DNA of 64,000 nucleotides from positions 7,811 to 71,810 of the forward strand of contig JAAFJM010000015.1 in NCBI GenBank assembly GCA_013298895.1, written 5' to 3'. This stretch comes from Bacteroidota bacterium (GTDB lineage: Bacteria > Bacteroidota > Bacteroidia > UKL13-3). Under the pieces are notes generated by a model, which was not told the origin of the DNA, did no database searches, and was given only the letters and a program-made list of their open reading frames with translations. Position numbers and translations under genes: made by a program. Positions 11,305-20,011 of the stretch are shown here, one piece after another. How positions within the stretch are numbered: the first letter of the stretch is position 1; every line of letters starts with the position of its first letter.

Positions 11305-12654
11305 ATGAGTAATTTAAAAGAAAACACAAAGCCTGTAAAAGGTAATTTTTTTTCAGATTTGTTTAATTATTTTTATAAAAGTCCTAAAGACTTTACGAAA
11401 AAACAGTGGACAGTTATCAGTGTTTGGATATTGATTAATATTGTTTGCTTAGTGCTTTATATGGCTGCAGGTGCCTCATTTGGTTTGGCATTGCTTAATT
11501 GCCTTTATGGAATACTCATTATTTTTGGATATTTCACCCGACTTATTGCTTTGATTTTAGCTCCTATTTTTATCCTGATTTTTAAAATTGTTGGATTGGT
11601 ATTTAAACAAGAAAATGAAATTCAAACAGCTTACGAATGGAGTGATGCGTTGATATTTGCTACCATAGCAGCCACTATTATCCGCGGATATTTTATGGAA
11701 GCATATACCATTCCTACCTCATCTATGGAAAAATCGTTATTGGTTGGTGATTTTCTTTTTGTAAGTAAATACAGTTATGGTAATAGGTTGCCTCAAACAC
11801 CATTGAGTTTTCCTTTTGTTCATAATAAATTGCCTTTTACCGATAATCAAGTACAATCGTATTTAGAATGGATGAAAATGCCGTACACCAGATTATTTGC
11901 CATATCTACCATTAAAAACAATGATGTAGTAGTATTCAATTATCCATTTGAAATTGATAAACCAACCGATAAAAAGGAAAATTATATTAAACGTTGTGTG
12001 GGTATAGCAGGCGATAGTTTAAAAGTGGTTAATCAGCAATTATTTGTAAATAATAAACCAGCAGATAATCCAGCATTGATGCAACACTTTTATAAGGTTA
12101 CCACTACCGAAGGCATTAGTGAAAAGTTTATTAAAGACAATGATATTACTGAAGGTGGTGCTACCGATAAAGGTTATTTATTAATTAACTTAACTAATCC
12201 TGCTAAAGAAAAATTGAAAAATTCTCCAGGGGTAGTTTCAATAGAAAGGAATGATACCCAATATATCAGTAATTACACTTCCTTTCAAGAAAAATTCAAG
12301 TGGAGTATTGATGATTTTGGACCTATTTACATTCCAAAACAAGGTGATGTAGTTGAAATGAACGAACATAACTACGACATATACGAATTTGCTATTAAGC
12401 ATTATGAAAACAACCCAACATTTACTTGGGAAAATGGACAAGCCATGCTAGACGGAAAAGCGGTAAAAACATATCAATTTAAGTATAATTATTACTTTAT
12501 GATGGGCGATAACCGCGATAATTCAGCCGACAGCCGCTTTTGGGGTTTTGTGCCTGAAACACATATTGTAGGTAAAGCACTTTTTGTTTGGATGAGCTGG
12601 GATTCAGGAAACAGTGCAGTAAGATGGAAACGTTTATTTAAATCAATTAAATAA
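11305..12654 (+). CDS. lepB: signal peptidase I
   Basis: It has the catalytic Ser (IPTSSMEKSLLVGDFLFVSK), the GDNRDNSADSRFWGFVP box and N-terminal TM helices. Confidence 0.8.
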   Translation: MSNLKENTKPVKGNFFSDLFNYFYKSPKDFTKKQWTVISVWILINIVCLVLYMAAGASFGLALLNCLYGILIIFGYFTRLIALILAPIFILIFKIVGLVFKQENEIQTAYEWSDALIFATIAATIIRGYFMEAYTIPTSSMEKSLLVGDFLFVSKYSYGNRLPQTPLSFPFVHNKLPFTDNQVQSYLEWMKMPYTRLFAISTIKNNDVVVFNYPFEIDKPTDKKENYIKRCVGIAGDSLKVVNQQLFVNNKPADNPALMQHFYKVTTTEGISEKFIKDNDITEGGATDKGYLLINLTNPAKEKLKNSPGVVSIERNDTQYISNYTSFQEKFKWSIDDFGPIYIPKQGDVVEMNEHNYDIYEFAIKHYENNPTFTWENGQAMLDGKAVKTYQFKYNYYFMMGDNRDNSADSRFWGFVPETHIVGKALFVWMSWDSGNSAVRWKRLFKSIK

Positions 12655-12686
12655 AATGAACTGCAGTTTGTAAAACTGATTTAACT

Positions 12687-13514
12687 ATGAATCATATTCC
12701 AACCTTTAACTTTCGAAATATCGGTCGTAAAGAAAAGTTAGTAGATGTATTACCATGGGATTATTCTAATTTTTACCAAACTGAAAAAGTACATTGCCAC
12801 GATTACCATGAATTATTTGTAATTACAAGTGGTTCAGGAGTTCATCAAATAGATGGAGTAGAATATGCTATTCAATCCAATTCATTTCATATAGTTCCTA
12901 ATTTTTTCTCTCATAAATTTCAGCGCGAGCAAGGAACTATAGGTTTTACCATTGCCATTCAAAGTATTTTTATAGAACAGCTCTGTAATTTTGATAAAGT
13001 ATCAAATTATATAGCACTTTTTGAAAAAGAACACCTAATTGACCTTGGTTCAATTGATTTTAATAGCTTTCATTTTTTTGTGAATGAAATTCAAAACCAA
13101 GGTATAAACGATGCTTATATGCAAAATATTTGCGCAGCCATTTTACTCAAAATTATTGCGTTCATAAAGACAGATTCAGTTATTGAAAATAACTTTTCGA
13201 GTTTAGTTAGAAAAACTTTATTGCGCAATTACAAAAAGAGGTTATCGAATGAACAGTATGCCGATATGTTCAGCATGACGGCTATTAGCTTTAATTTGAA
13301 GGTTAAAAAAGCAACAGGTAAAACGATGATACAAATGCAAAATGAACTGCTTATATCAAACATAAAAAGGTTACTGTTCAATACCGATGCTAATTTAAAA
13401 GAAATTGCCTTCGATTTTGGTTTTAGTGATTATGCCCACTTTTCAAATTTTTTCAAAAAACATACTGGCAGTTCGCCCATGAATTTTAAAAAAGAAATCC
13501 AAAACATACAATAA
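12687..13514 (+). CDS. AraC-family transcriptional regulator (cupin-like N-terminal domain + C-terminal AraC HTH)
   Basis: The C-terminal HTH region has the AraC pattern FNLKVKKATGKTMIQMQNELLISNIKRLLFNTDANLKEIAFDFGFSDYAHFSNFFKKHTG. It lies directly upstream of the haem-motif operon. Confidence 0.7.
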   Translation: MNHIPTFNFRNIGRKEKLVDVLPWDYSNFYQTEKVHCHDYHELFVITSGSGVHQIDGVEYAIQSNSFHIVPNFFSHKFQREQGTIGFTIAIQSIFIEQLCNFDKVSNYIALFEKEHLIDLGSIDFNSFHFFVNEIQNQGINDAYMQNICAAILLKIIAFIKTDSVIENNFSSLVRKTLLRNYKKRLSNEQYADMFSMTAISFNLKVKKATGKTMIQMQNELLISNIKRLLFNTDANLKEIAFDFGFSDYAHFSNFFKKHTGSSPMNFKKEIQNIQ

Positions 13515-13579
13515 TTGAATAAGAATTGACAACTAATTTATTTTGGGTATCATTAGTTTTGTTTAAAAATAAAACAATT

Positions 13580-14410
13580 ATGAATTATACAAAACTAGTT
13601 ACTTTAAGTATTTTATTACTTTTTATTTGTGTTTGGAGTTTTGAAACTCACTCTATGTCAGGTGGGGCTTTAGAAGTTACTGGATCAACCCCAGGAGAAA
13701 ACTGCACTGGATGTCATCAAGGTATAGCCAATACTGATAGTAAAGGTGGAATTGCCATAGCCATAGCTGGTAATCCAACTTATTATGAGCCTGGTAAAAC
13801 ATACGATATGAGTGTTACCATTAATTACCCCACAAGAACAAGATTTGGTTTTGGGTTGAATATTAGAAAAAAAGGAAATGTATGGCAACCAATTGGAAGT
13901 TTGACAGCAGAAAATAATTCTGGGGTTTCTGCTCGCGGTACTTTTGCAACACATGAGTTAAAAGGTATAGATGCTGCTAATTCCAAAACTTGGATATTTA
14001 AGTGGACCGCACCACAAACATTAGATACATTTATATTTTATACAAGTGGTATTGCTGCTAATAACGATAAAGATGCTACTGGAGATATTACTTACACCAC
14101 AAGCAAAACAATATTTCCTTCAATAACCACAAGTGATAAAAGTATAAAGCCTTTATTATTGAAAGGTATTTATCCTAATCCAGCGCAAAATGAAATTGAA
14201 GTTGAAATGGAAGTAAGTTCACCTGATTTTTTTGAAATATCATTACTTGATATAAATGGCAGTTTAAAAGAAACGCTACTCCCTAAAACGCTGCTATCGG
14301 GAAATCAACAGCTACAATTTAAATTTACAAATGAGTACCCTAAAGGAATTTATTTCTTAAAGGTGTTTTCAAAAAATCATAATAGTTTTCAAAAAATAAT
14401 TATTTTGTAA
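13580..14410 (+). CDS. Secreted Reeler/DOMON-like domain protein with an N-terminal CXXCH motif and a T9SS C-terminal sorting domain
   Basis: Start trimmed to MNYTKLVTLSILLLFICVWSF (signal peptide). CTGCH sits right after the signal. The Reeler-like pattern is G.P...C..CH...YYEPGKTYDMSVTI...TRFGFGLNI...WIFKWTAP. The C-terminus (GIYPNPAQNEIEVEM...GIYFLKVFS...KIIIL) is a type-A T9SS CTD. Confidence 0.55.
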   Translation: MNYTKLVTLSILLLFICVWSFETHSMSGGALEVTGSTPGENCTGCHQGIANTDSKGGIAIAIAGNPTYYEPGKTYDMSVTINYPTRTRFGFGLNIRKKGNVWQPIGSLTAENNSGVSARGTFATHELKGIDAANSKTWIFKWTAPQTLDTFIFYTSGIAANNDKDATGDITYTTSKTIFPSITTSDKSIKPLLLKGIYPNPAQNEIEVEMEVSSPDFFEISLLDINGSLKETLLPKTLLSGNQQLQFKFTNEYPKGIYFLKVFSKNHNSFQKIIIL

Positions 14411-14482
14411 TAAAATGGATGTTTTTTTTATTATTTACTAAATAAAATTATAGATTTGGAAAAGGATAGAAAAACATATTGA

Positions 14483-14959
14483 ATGAAAAAAACAAAATTA
14501 ATTGTTTGCTTATCGACTATATTTAGCTTGTTAGTTATTGGTTGTTCCCATTACGATGAACTTCAAAAAAATAGCAAAGAAAGTAAGGCTAATGATGATG
14601 AAAGCCATAATACAGGACAAGATTGTATGAGTTGTCACAATAACTCTTCAAATGAAGCTTCAAGTGAAGGATGGTGGAACGTAGCTGGCTCAGTATATTC
14701 TGGCAATTCACCTGCGAATAATGTAACAGTTGAACTTTGGAGTGAGCCTAATGGCGCAGGTTTTAAAATTTTAACTTTAACATCAGATACAAAAGGAAAT
14801 TTTTATACCAATAAAATTATCAACTTCAATGGTGGATGCTATCCAGTGGTTATTAGTGGTTCAAAACGAAAGAATATGATTTCTAAATTCATGGGCGGAA
14901 TGAGTTGTTCTAATTCCAATTGCCATGGTGGTATAATAGATAAAATAAACTTCAATTAA
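14483..14959 (+). CDS. Small lipoprotein with a CXXCH motif (putative haem-binding)
   Basis: Lipoprotein signal MKKTKLIVCLSTIFSLLVIGCS. It has CMSCH plus a second Cys-His cluster, CSNSNCHGG, near the C-terminus. Confidence 0.5.
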   Translation: MKKTKLIVCLSTIFSLLVIGCSHYDELQKNSKESKANDDESHNTGQDCMSCHNNSSNEASSEGWWNVAGSVYSGNSPANNVTVELWSEPNGAGFKILTLTSDTKGNFYTNKIINFNGGCYPVVISGSKRKNMISKFMGGMSCSNSNCHGGIIDKINFN

Positions 14960-14964
14960 ATTAA

Positions 14965-15318
14965 ATGAAAAAAGTACTTTACTCAACATTACTCTTTGGC
15001 TTTATTGTTTTAACAGGCTGTTATTACGATAAAGAAGATAAATTGTATCCAAACTCAACAAACAATACAGATTGCAATGCTGTTTTAACTTATGATACAG
15101 GTATAAAAACAATTATTGATGCAAATTGCGCCTCTTCGGGTTGTCATAATTCTGGAGGTACTTCACCTGATTTATCTAACTATAGTTTAGTAAAAGCCAG
15201 TGCAACAAAAATTACACTAAGAGCCATAACGCAAAAAAACATGCCAGCTCCTTCTGGAATGTCTTCATGTAATATAACAAAATTAGATAATTGGATAAAA
15301 GCAGGAATGCCACAATAA
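14965..15318 (+). CDS. Small lipoprotein with a PSCyt1-like (Planctomycete-cytochrome-c-like) domain and a CX4CH motif
   Basis: Lipoprotein signal ...FIVLTGCY. IKTIIDANCASSGCH...NMPAPSGMSSCNITKLDNWIKAGMP matches the PSCyt1 pattern I recall (I.PIl...C..CH...MP....L.....I..WI..GA), but the spacing is C-x4-CH. Confidence 0.5.
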   Translation: MKKVLYSTLLFGFIVLTGCYYDKEDKLYPNSTNNTDCNAVLTYDTGIKTIIDANCASSGCHNSGGTSPDLSNYSLVKASATKITLRAITQKNMPAPSGMSSCNITKLDNWIKAGMPQ

Positions 15319-15326
15319 GTAAGAAA

Positions 15327-16235
15327 ATGAAAAAAAATATACTTTTTATAACCATGCTTTTAATGGTAAATTTTGCTTGGGCTCAGGATGATTTATTAGA
15401 CATGTTAAAAGATGAAAATACAAAATCAAACCCTGTATTAGCAACCTTTAAAGGAACAAGAATTATTACAGGTCAAAGCAACGAAAATATTTCTAAGAAA
15501 CACTTAAACTTCTTGATTCTGCACCGTTTTGGTGAATTAAAAGACGATGCATGGTATTATAGTCTTTTAGGAATTGATGCAGCTACAGTTCGTTTGGCAT
15601 TTGATTATGGGGTTACAGACAAATTAATGATTGGTGTAGGCCGCAGTTCTGTTTCTAAAATTTATGACTTCAATGTAAAATACAAACTTTTACAACAAAC
15701 AACTGGAGGTAAAAGGAATTCACCATTAGCAATTTCATATTATGGAAACATGGGTCTTAATACAACCACTTTCTCTGATTTAACTAGAAACAACTTTTTT
15801 ACATCCCGTTTAAATTTCTGTAATCAATTAATTTTGGCGCGTAAATTTAATGATAAAGTTTCAATACAAATTACACCAACAATGGTACACAGAAATTTAG
15901 TAGCTAAAACAAGTGATCCTAATTCTGTTTTTGCATTAGGGTTGGGTGGTTCATTTAAAATTACAAGAAGCACAAGGTTTAATATTGAGTATTATCCTCG
16001 TTTAAATGGCAGAGATGAATTAGCTTCAAATGGTAAAACTTTTAATGATTATTTAGCCATAGGTTTTGATATAGAAACAGGAGGACACGTATTTCAGTTA
16101 ATGTTTAGCAATTCTACATACATGTATGAACAAGGTTTTGTGGCTCAAACTACTGGTAGTTGGAGTGATTTAGCAATACGTTTAGGTTTTAACCTTTCAC
16201 GTACATTCTCATTCGATAATGAAGCCAAACATTAA
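15327..16235 (+). CDS. DUF5777-like outer-membrane beta-barrel protein
   Basis: Start trimmed to MKKNILFITMLLMVNFAWAQ (signal peptide). It has alternating amphipathic beta-strands and the HRFG motif I recall as typical of DUF5777. Family assignment is from memory. Confidence 0.5.
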   Translation: MKKNILFITMLLMVNFAWAQDDLLDMLKDENTKSNPVLATFKGTRIITGQSNENISKKHLNFLILHRFGELKDDAWYYSLLGIDAATVRLAFDYGVTDKLMIGVGRSSVSKIYDFNVKYKLLQQTTGGKRNSPLAISYYGNMGLNTTTFSDLTRNNFFTSRLNFCNQLILARKFNDKVSIQITPTMVHRNLVAKTSDPNSVFALGLGGSFKITRSTRFNIEYYPRLNGRDELASNGKTFNDYLAIGFDIETGGHVFQLMFSNSTYMYEQGFVAQTTGSWSDLAIRLGFNLSRTFSFDNEAKH

Positions 16236-16286
16236 TAACTATAACCAATTGGCACTGTTATTGAAATAAAATTAATAAATAATAAA

Positions 16287-16964
16287 ATGAAAAAAATTAC
16301 CACCATTCTAACGTTTAGCAGCTTACTAATTTTTGGTATGTGTAAACATGAAACTACCACAATTATAAATGGAGGTAATGGATTAACTGATACTACAAAA
16401 ATAAATGATAATCCCAAAAATGATTCAGTTTGTTTTAACACCCAAATTTTGCCACTTATTACTGCAAGTTGTGCGCAAGTTGGATGTCATGACCCAAGTA
16501 GTAGAGTTGAAGGTTTAATTTTAAATTCATACTCAGGAATAATGAATATGGGAACAAAAGATTTACTAAAATATATTAAATTAACATCAGGTAAAATGAT
16601 GCCACCACCTCCACAACCAAGGTTAGATCAAGTAAATATTGACCTCATTCAGCGTTGGGTTAATGAGGGTGCAAAAAATACAATTTGTAATATTACAAGC
16701 TGCGATACTTTAAATGTAAAATACACCAGTCATATTGCTCCAATTATGAATACATATTGCAAAGGCTGTCATAATTCAAGTAATTTAGGAGGAGGAGTAA
16801 ATTTAGATAATTATGCTGCTGTTAAAACTAGCACATTAACAGGGAAAATAATATGTACAATTACAGCCAACGGTTGTGCAATTATGCCAAAAGGTGGTCC
16901 TGCATTAAGTAATTGTAATGTACGTAAAATTAAAATTTGGGCTTCGGCTAATTGCCCTCAATAA
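16287..16964 (+). CDS. Lipoprotein with two tandem PSCyt1-like domains (CX4CH and CXXCH)
   Basis: Lipobox LLIFGMC. Domain 1 is FNTQILPLITASCAQVGCHDPS...MMPPPPQPRLDQVNIDLIQRWVNEGA. Domain 2 is IAPIMNTYCKGCHNSS...IMPKGGPALSNCNVRKIKIWASANCP. Confidence 0.55.
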   Translation: MKKITTILTFSSLLIFGMCKHETTTIINGGNGLTDTTKINDNPKNDSVCFNTQILPLITASCAQVGCHDPSSRVEGLILNSYSGIMNMGTKDLLKYIKLTSGKMMPPPPQPRLDQVNIDLIQRWVNEGAKNTICNITSCDTLNVKYTSHIAPIMNTYCKGCHNSSNLGGGVNLDNYAAVKTSTLTGKIICTITANGCAIMPKGGPALSNCNVRKIKIWASANCPQ

Positions 16965-16985
16965 TTAAAACTAAATAGTAAATAT

Positions 16986-17540
16986 ATGAAAAAATTAATT
17001 TTAACCATAAGCGCAGTTTCCTTAGTTGCATTTGGAAACATAAAAGCTCAAACTTTATATAAAGCAACAAATGCTGAGGTAAGTTTTTATTCAAAAACTC
17101 CAATGGAGGATATTGATGGAAAATCAACTACAGCTACTGCTTTAATTAATCCAGAAAAAAAGGACCTTGCCTTTGTCATTCAAAATGTTTCATTTCAATT
17201 TCCAAACAAATTGATGCAAGAACATTTTAATGAAAAATACATGGAAAGTGAAAAATACCCACTGAGCCAATTCAGAGGAACTGTTCAAGAAAACATTGAT
17301 CTAAAAGTAAATGGCGAATACAAAGTAACGGTTAAAGGCAAACTTACCATTCACGGTGTTGAACAAGAAAGGACAATTTCTGGTATTATTACCGTAAGCG
17401 AAGGTAAATTAGAATTAACCAGTAATTTTAAGGTTAAAAATGCTGACCATAAAATAGAAATACCTAAGTTGGTAGTAGCCAAAATTGCGGAGGAATTAGA
17501 TGTTCAAGTGAAAGCTACTTTGCTTCCAAAAGTAAAATAG
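16986..17540 (+). CDS. YceI family protein
   Basis: Signal peptide plus the YceI-like pattern YKATNAEVSFYSKTPMEDIDGKS...FVIQNVSFQFPNKLMQEHFNEKYMESEKYPLSQFRG. It is the last gene of the operon. Confidence 0.65.
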   Translation: MKKLILTISAVSLVAFGNIKAQTLYKATNAEVSFYSKTPMEDIDGKSTTATALINPEKKDLAFVIQNVSFQFPNKLMQEHFNEKYMESEKYPLSQFRGTVQENIDLKVNGEYKVTVKGKLTIHGVEQERTISGIITVSEGKLELTSNFKVKNADHKIEIPKLVVAKIAEELDVQVKATLLPKVK

Positions 17541-17562
17541 ATTTTTATGAATAATATTATTT

Positions 17563-17598
17563 AAAGGCTGTCTTCAAAAGAGACAGCCTTTATTTTTT
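17563..17598 (+). terminator. Rho-independent terminator closing the 13580..17540 operon
   Basis: Stem AAAGGCTGTCT / AGACAGCCTTT followed by ATTTTTTAA. Confidence 0.7.
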
Positions 17599-17651
17599 AA
17601 TAATAATTTACATTTTTGAATCAAAATAAATTCATAACCTTGCCTTCCAAT

Positions 17652-18983
17652 ATGAAATCAAAATTATTTTTATTTATTTTCTTTACTTTATTAATTAATA
17701 AGGTGATTCATGCTCAAACGGAGCAACAGATTTTTACTGAAGAAGGAAAAAAAATAATATCATTATTTGTTAATAGAAACTATGATAGTCTTACTTTATG
17801 TTTTAACGACAAACAAAGATTGTATAATAGCCCAACCGCTATTGCTTCCAATTACGAGCCTTTGATTGAAAAATATGGAAATATTCAAACGGTTAAATTT
17901 GCAGGATTTAAAGGTAATTATGAGCAGATAACAGTTCAATTTGTTTGTAATACAGCGTATAATATTGGTTTACTTGTTGAGTTAATTTTTAACAATATAA
18001 ATAAAAAAATCATTTATTATAAATTCACCGAAACTTATAAAATATATGCTATTCCCGAATATGTAAATGCAGAGTTATTTACCGAAAATACTATAAATTT
18101 TCACTCAGATAGCACTATGCCATTAACTGGATTTTTAACTTTGCCTGTTATCAAAGAAAAAGTACCATTAATTATAATAATTCCAGATGCTGGTCCAACC
18201 GATGCTGATGGAGTTTATAATTCAAAACCATATAAAGATATTGCTTATGGACTTTCGAGCTATGGTTTTGCTACATTTAGATATAATAAACGAAGCATTA
18301 ATTATGGGTTTAACCTTAACCAAGACAAAGTAAATAATAAAGTATTTACTCCTAAAGAGGATGTTATTGACGATTTGTTGTCGGGCATAGAAGCAATAAA
18401 AGGTAATCCAAACATTGATACTACAAAAATTTATTTACTAGGACATGGGGAAGGGGCATATTTGGCTCCATACATAGCAAGCAACTACAAAAATATTTGT
18501 GGCATAATAATGATTAATGCAAATGCAAATCATCCTTTAGAAATGATGATAGAACAACATAAATATTTAGGCAAAATTTTACCTCATAAAAAAGAGCATT
18601 TAGATGAAGATGATTTAAAAGCCAAAAAAGTATTAAAAGGGAATTTTGATTCAAAAACTCATTATGCTGAACTTCCATTTGATGTGCCTGCTAGTTATTG
18701 GCTTTGGATTAATAATTATAAACAAGTTAAAACAACAAAAAAATTATCAATCCCTATTTTTATTATTCAAGGAGAGCGCAATTACCAGGTTGATAAAGCA
18801 AACTTTTATGCTTGGAAAAAAAAGCTCAAAAGAAACAAAAACGTATCTTTTAAAACCTATGAAAATTTAAACCACATAATGCATGAAGGAGTTGGAGAAT
18901 CCACCTATAGCGAATATGGTATGATGGTTCATATTCCTTTTTTTGTAATTGATGACCTACAAAAGTGGCTCAAAGTAAATTAA
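17652..18983 (+). CDS. alpha/beta-hydrolase-fold protein (dienelactone hydrolase / S9-like) with a Ser-to-Gly nucleophile elbow (GHGEG)
   Basis: Start trimmed to MKSKLFLFIFFTLLINKVIHAQ (signal peptide). It has the hydrolase-fold landmarks IIIIPDAGPTDADG, LLGHGEGAYLAPYIA, IFIIQGERNYQV and NLNHIMHEG. Confidence 0.5.
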   Translation: MKSKLFLFIFFTLLINKVIHAQTEQQIFTEEGKKIISLFVNRNYDSLTLCFNDKQRLYNSPTAIASNYEPLIEKYGNIQTVKFAGFKGNYEQITVQFVCNTAYNIGLLVELIFNNINKKIIYYKFTETYKIYAIPEYVNAELFTENTINFHSDSTMPLTGFLTLPVIKEKVPLIIIIPDAGPTDADGVYNSKPYKDIAYGLSSYGFATFRYNKRSINYGFNLNQDKVNNKVFTPKEDVIDDLLSGIEAIKGNPNIDTTKIYLLGHGEGAYLAPYIASNYKNICGIIMINANANHPLEMMIEQHKYLGKILPHKKEHLDEDDLKAKKVLKGNFDSKTHYAELPFDVPASYWLWINNYKQVKTTKKLSIPIFIIQGERNYQVDKANFYAWKKKLKRNKNVSFKTYENLNHIMHEGVGESTYSEYGMMVHIPFFVIDDLQKWLKVN

Positions 18984-19020
18984 TGTTTGTTTACTTTTTT
19001 TAGTCGAAACGGTATAAGCA

Positions 19021-19055
19021 AAAAAGGCAGCTCAAAATTTAAGCTGCCTTTCTTA
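19021..19055. terminator. Bidirectional hairpin between convergent genes
   Basis: AAGGCAGCT / AGCTGCCTT stem flanked by A/T runs, between 17652..18983 (+) and fabI (-). Confidence 0.5.
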
Positions 19056-19075
19056 TTAAATTTATAAATATTAAA

Positions 19076-19894
19076 TTATTCTGCGTCTTTACCTACATTA
19101 AACACATCGGGGCTAAAGCCTGTAAAGCTAAATCCACCATCGTGGAAAAGGTTTTGCATGGTTACCATTCGGGTAAAATCACTAAACATAGCTACACAAT
19201 ACTCAGCACATTGTTCAGCATTCGCATTTCCTAATGGACTCAACGCTTCTGCGTAGTCAAAGAAATCGCCAAAACCTTTTACTCCACTACCAGCAGTAGT
19301 TTTAGTCGGACTTTGCGAAATAGTATTGATACGCACTTTTTTATGTTTACCATATTGGTAACCAAAACTGCGCGAAATGCTTTCTAATAATGATTTTGCA
19401 TCAGCCATTTCGCTATAATCAGGGAAAATTCGCTGTGCTGCTATATAAGTTAAGGCCACTACCGAACCCCAATCGTTAATAGCATCTTTTTTATAACAAG
19501 TAGCTAACAAACGATGAAAACTCATAGCCGATATATCCAAAGTATCGTGCATAAATTTATAATCTAAATTGGTATAAACATTACCTTTTCTGATATTCAT
19601 ACTCATACCCACCGAATGCAAAATAAAATCAATTTTACCACCTAAAATTTCCATCGATTTATCGATTAAATTTTCCATATCTTCATTTTTACTCACATCG
19701 CATGGAATAATTTGAGCATTTCCGCAAGCTGCTGATAAATTATTAATTTCGCCCATACGCATAGCAATTGGCGCATTAGTTAAAACAAATTCGGCACCTT
19801 GCTCATGACATTTTAAAGCTACTTGCCATGCAATTGATTTATCGTTTAAGGCACCAAAAATGATTCCTTTTTTTCCTTTCAATAAATTATTCAT
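19076..19894 (-). CDS. fabI: enoyl-[acyl-carrier-protein] reductase (NADH)
   Basis: GKKGIIFGALNDKSIAWQVALKCHEQGAEFVL matches the FabI Rossmann N-terminus, and there is a YxxxxxK region. Confidence 0.8.
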   Translation of the reverse strand: MNNLLKGKKGIIFGALNDKSIAWQVALKCHEQGAEFVLTNAPIAMRMGEINNLSAACGNAQIIPCDVSKNEDMENLIDKSMEILGGKIDFILHSVGMSMNIRKGNVYTNLDYKFMHDTLDISAMSFHRLLATCYKKDAINDWGSVVALTYIAAQRIFPDYSEMADAKSLLESISRSFGYQYGKHKKVRINTISQSPTKTTAGSGVKGFGDFFDYAEALSPLGNANAEQCAEYCVAMFSDFTRMVTMQNLFHDGGFSFTGFSPDVFNVGKDAE

Positions 19895-20011
19895 TCTTTT
19901 GTTATTGGTTAAATTAAGTTAATAAGTTGATTGGTTGACTTTTAAATACAACCTTCACAAATTGTAATGCGCAATTTTAAGGTTTTTCTGCTTAGATTTG
20001 AAAATATTTTT

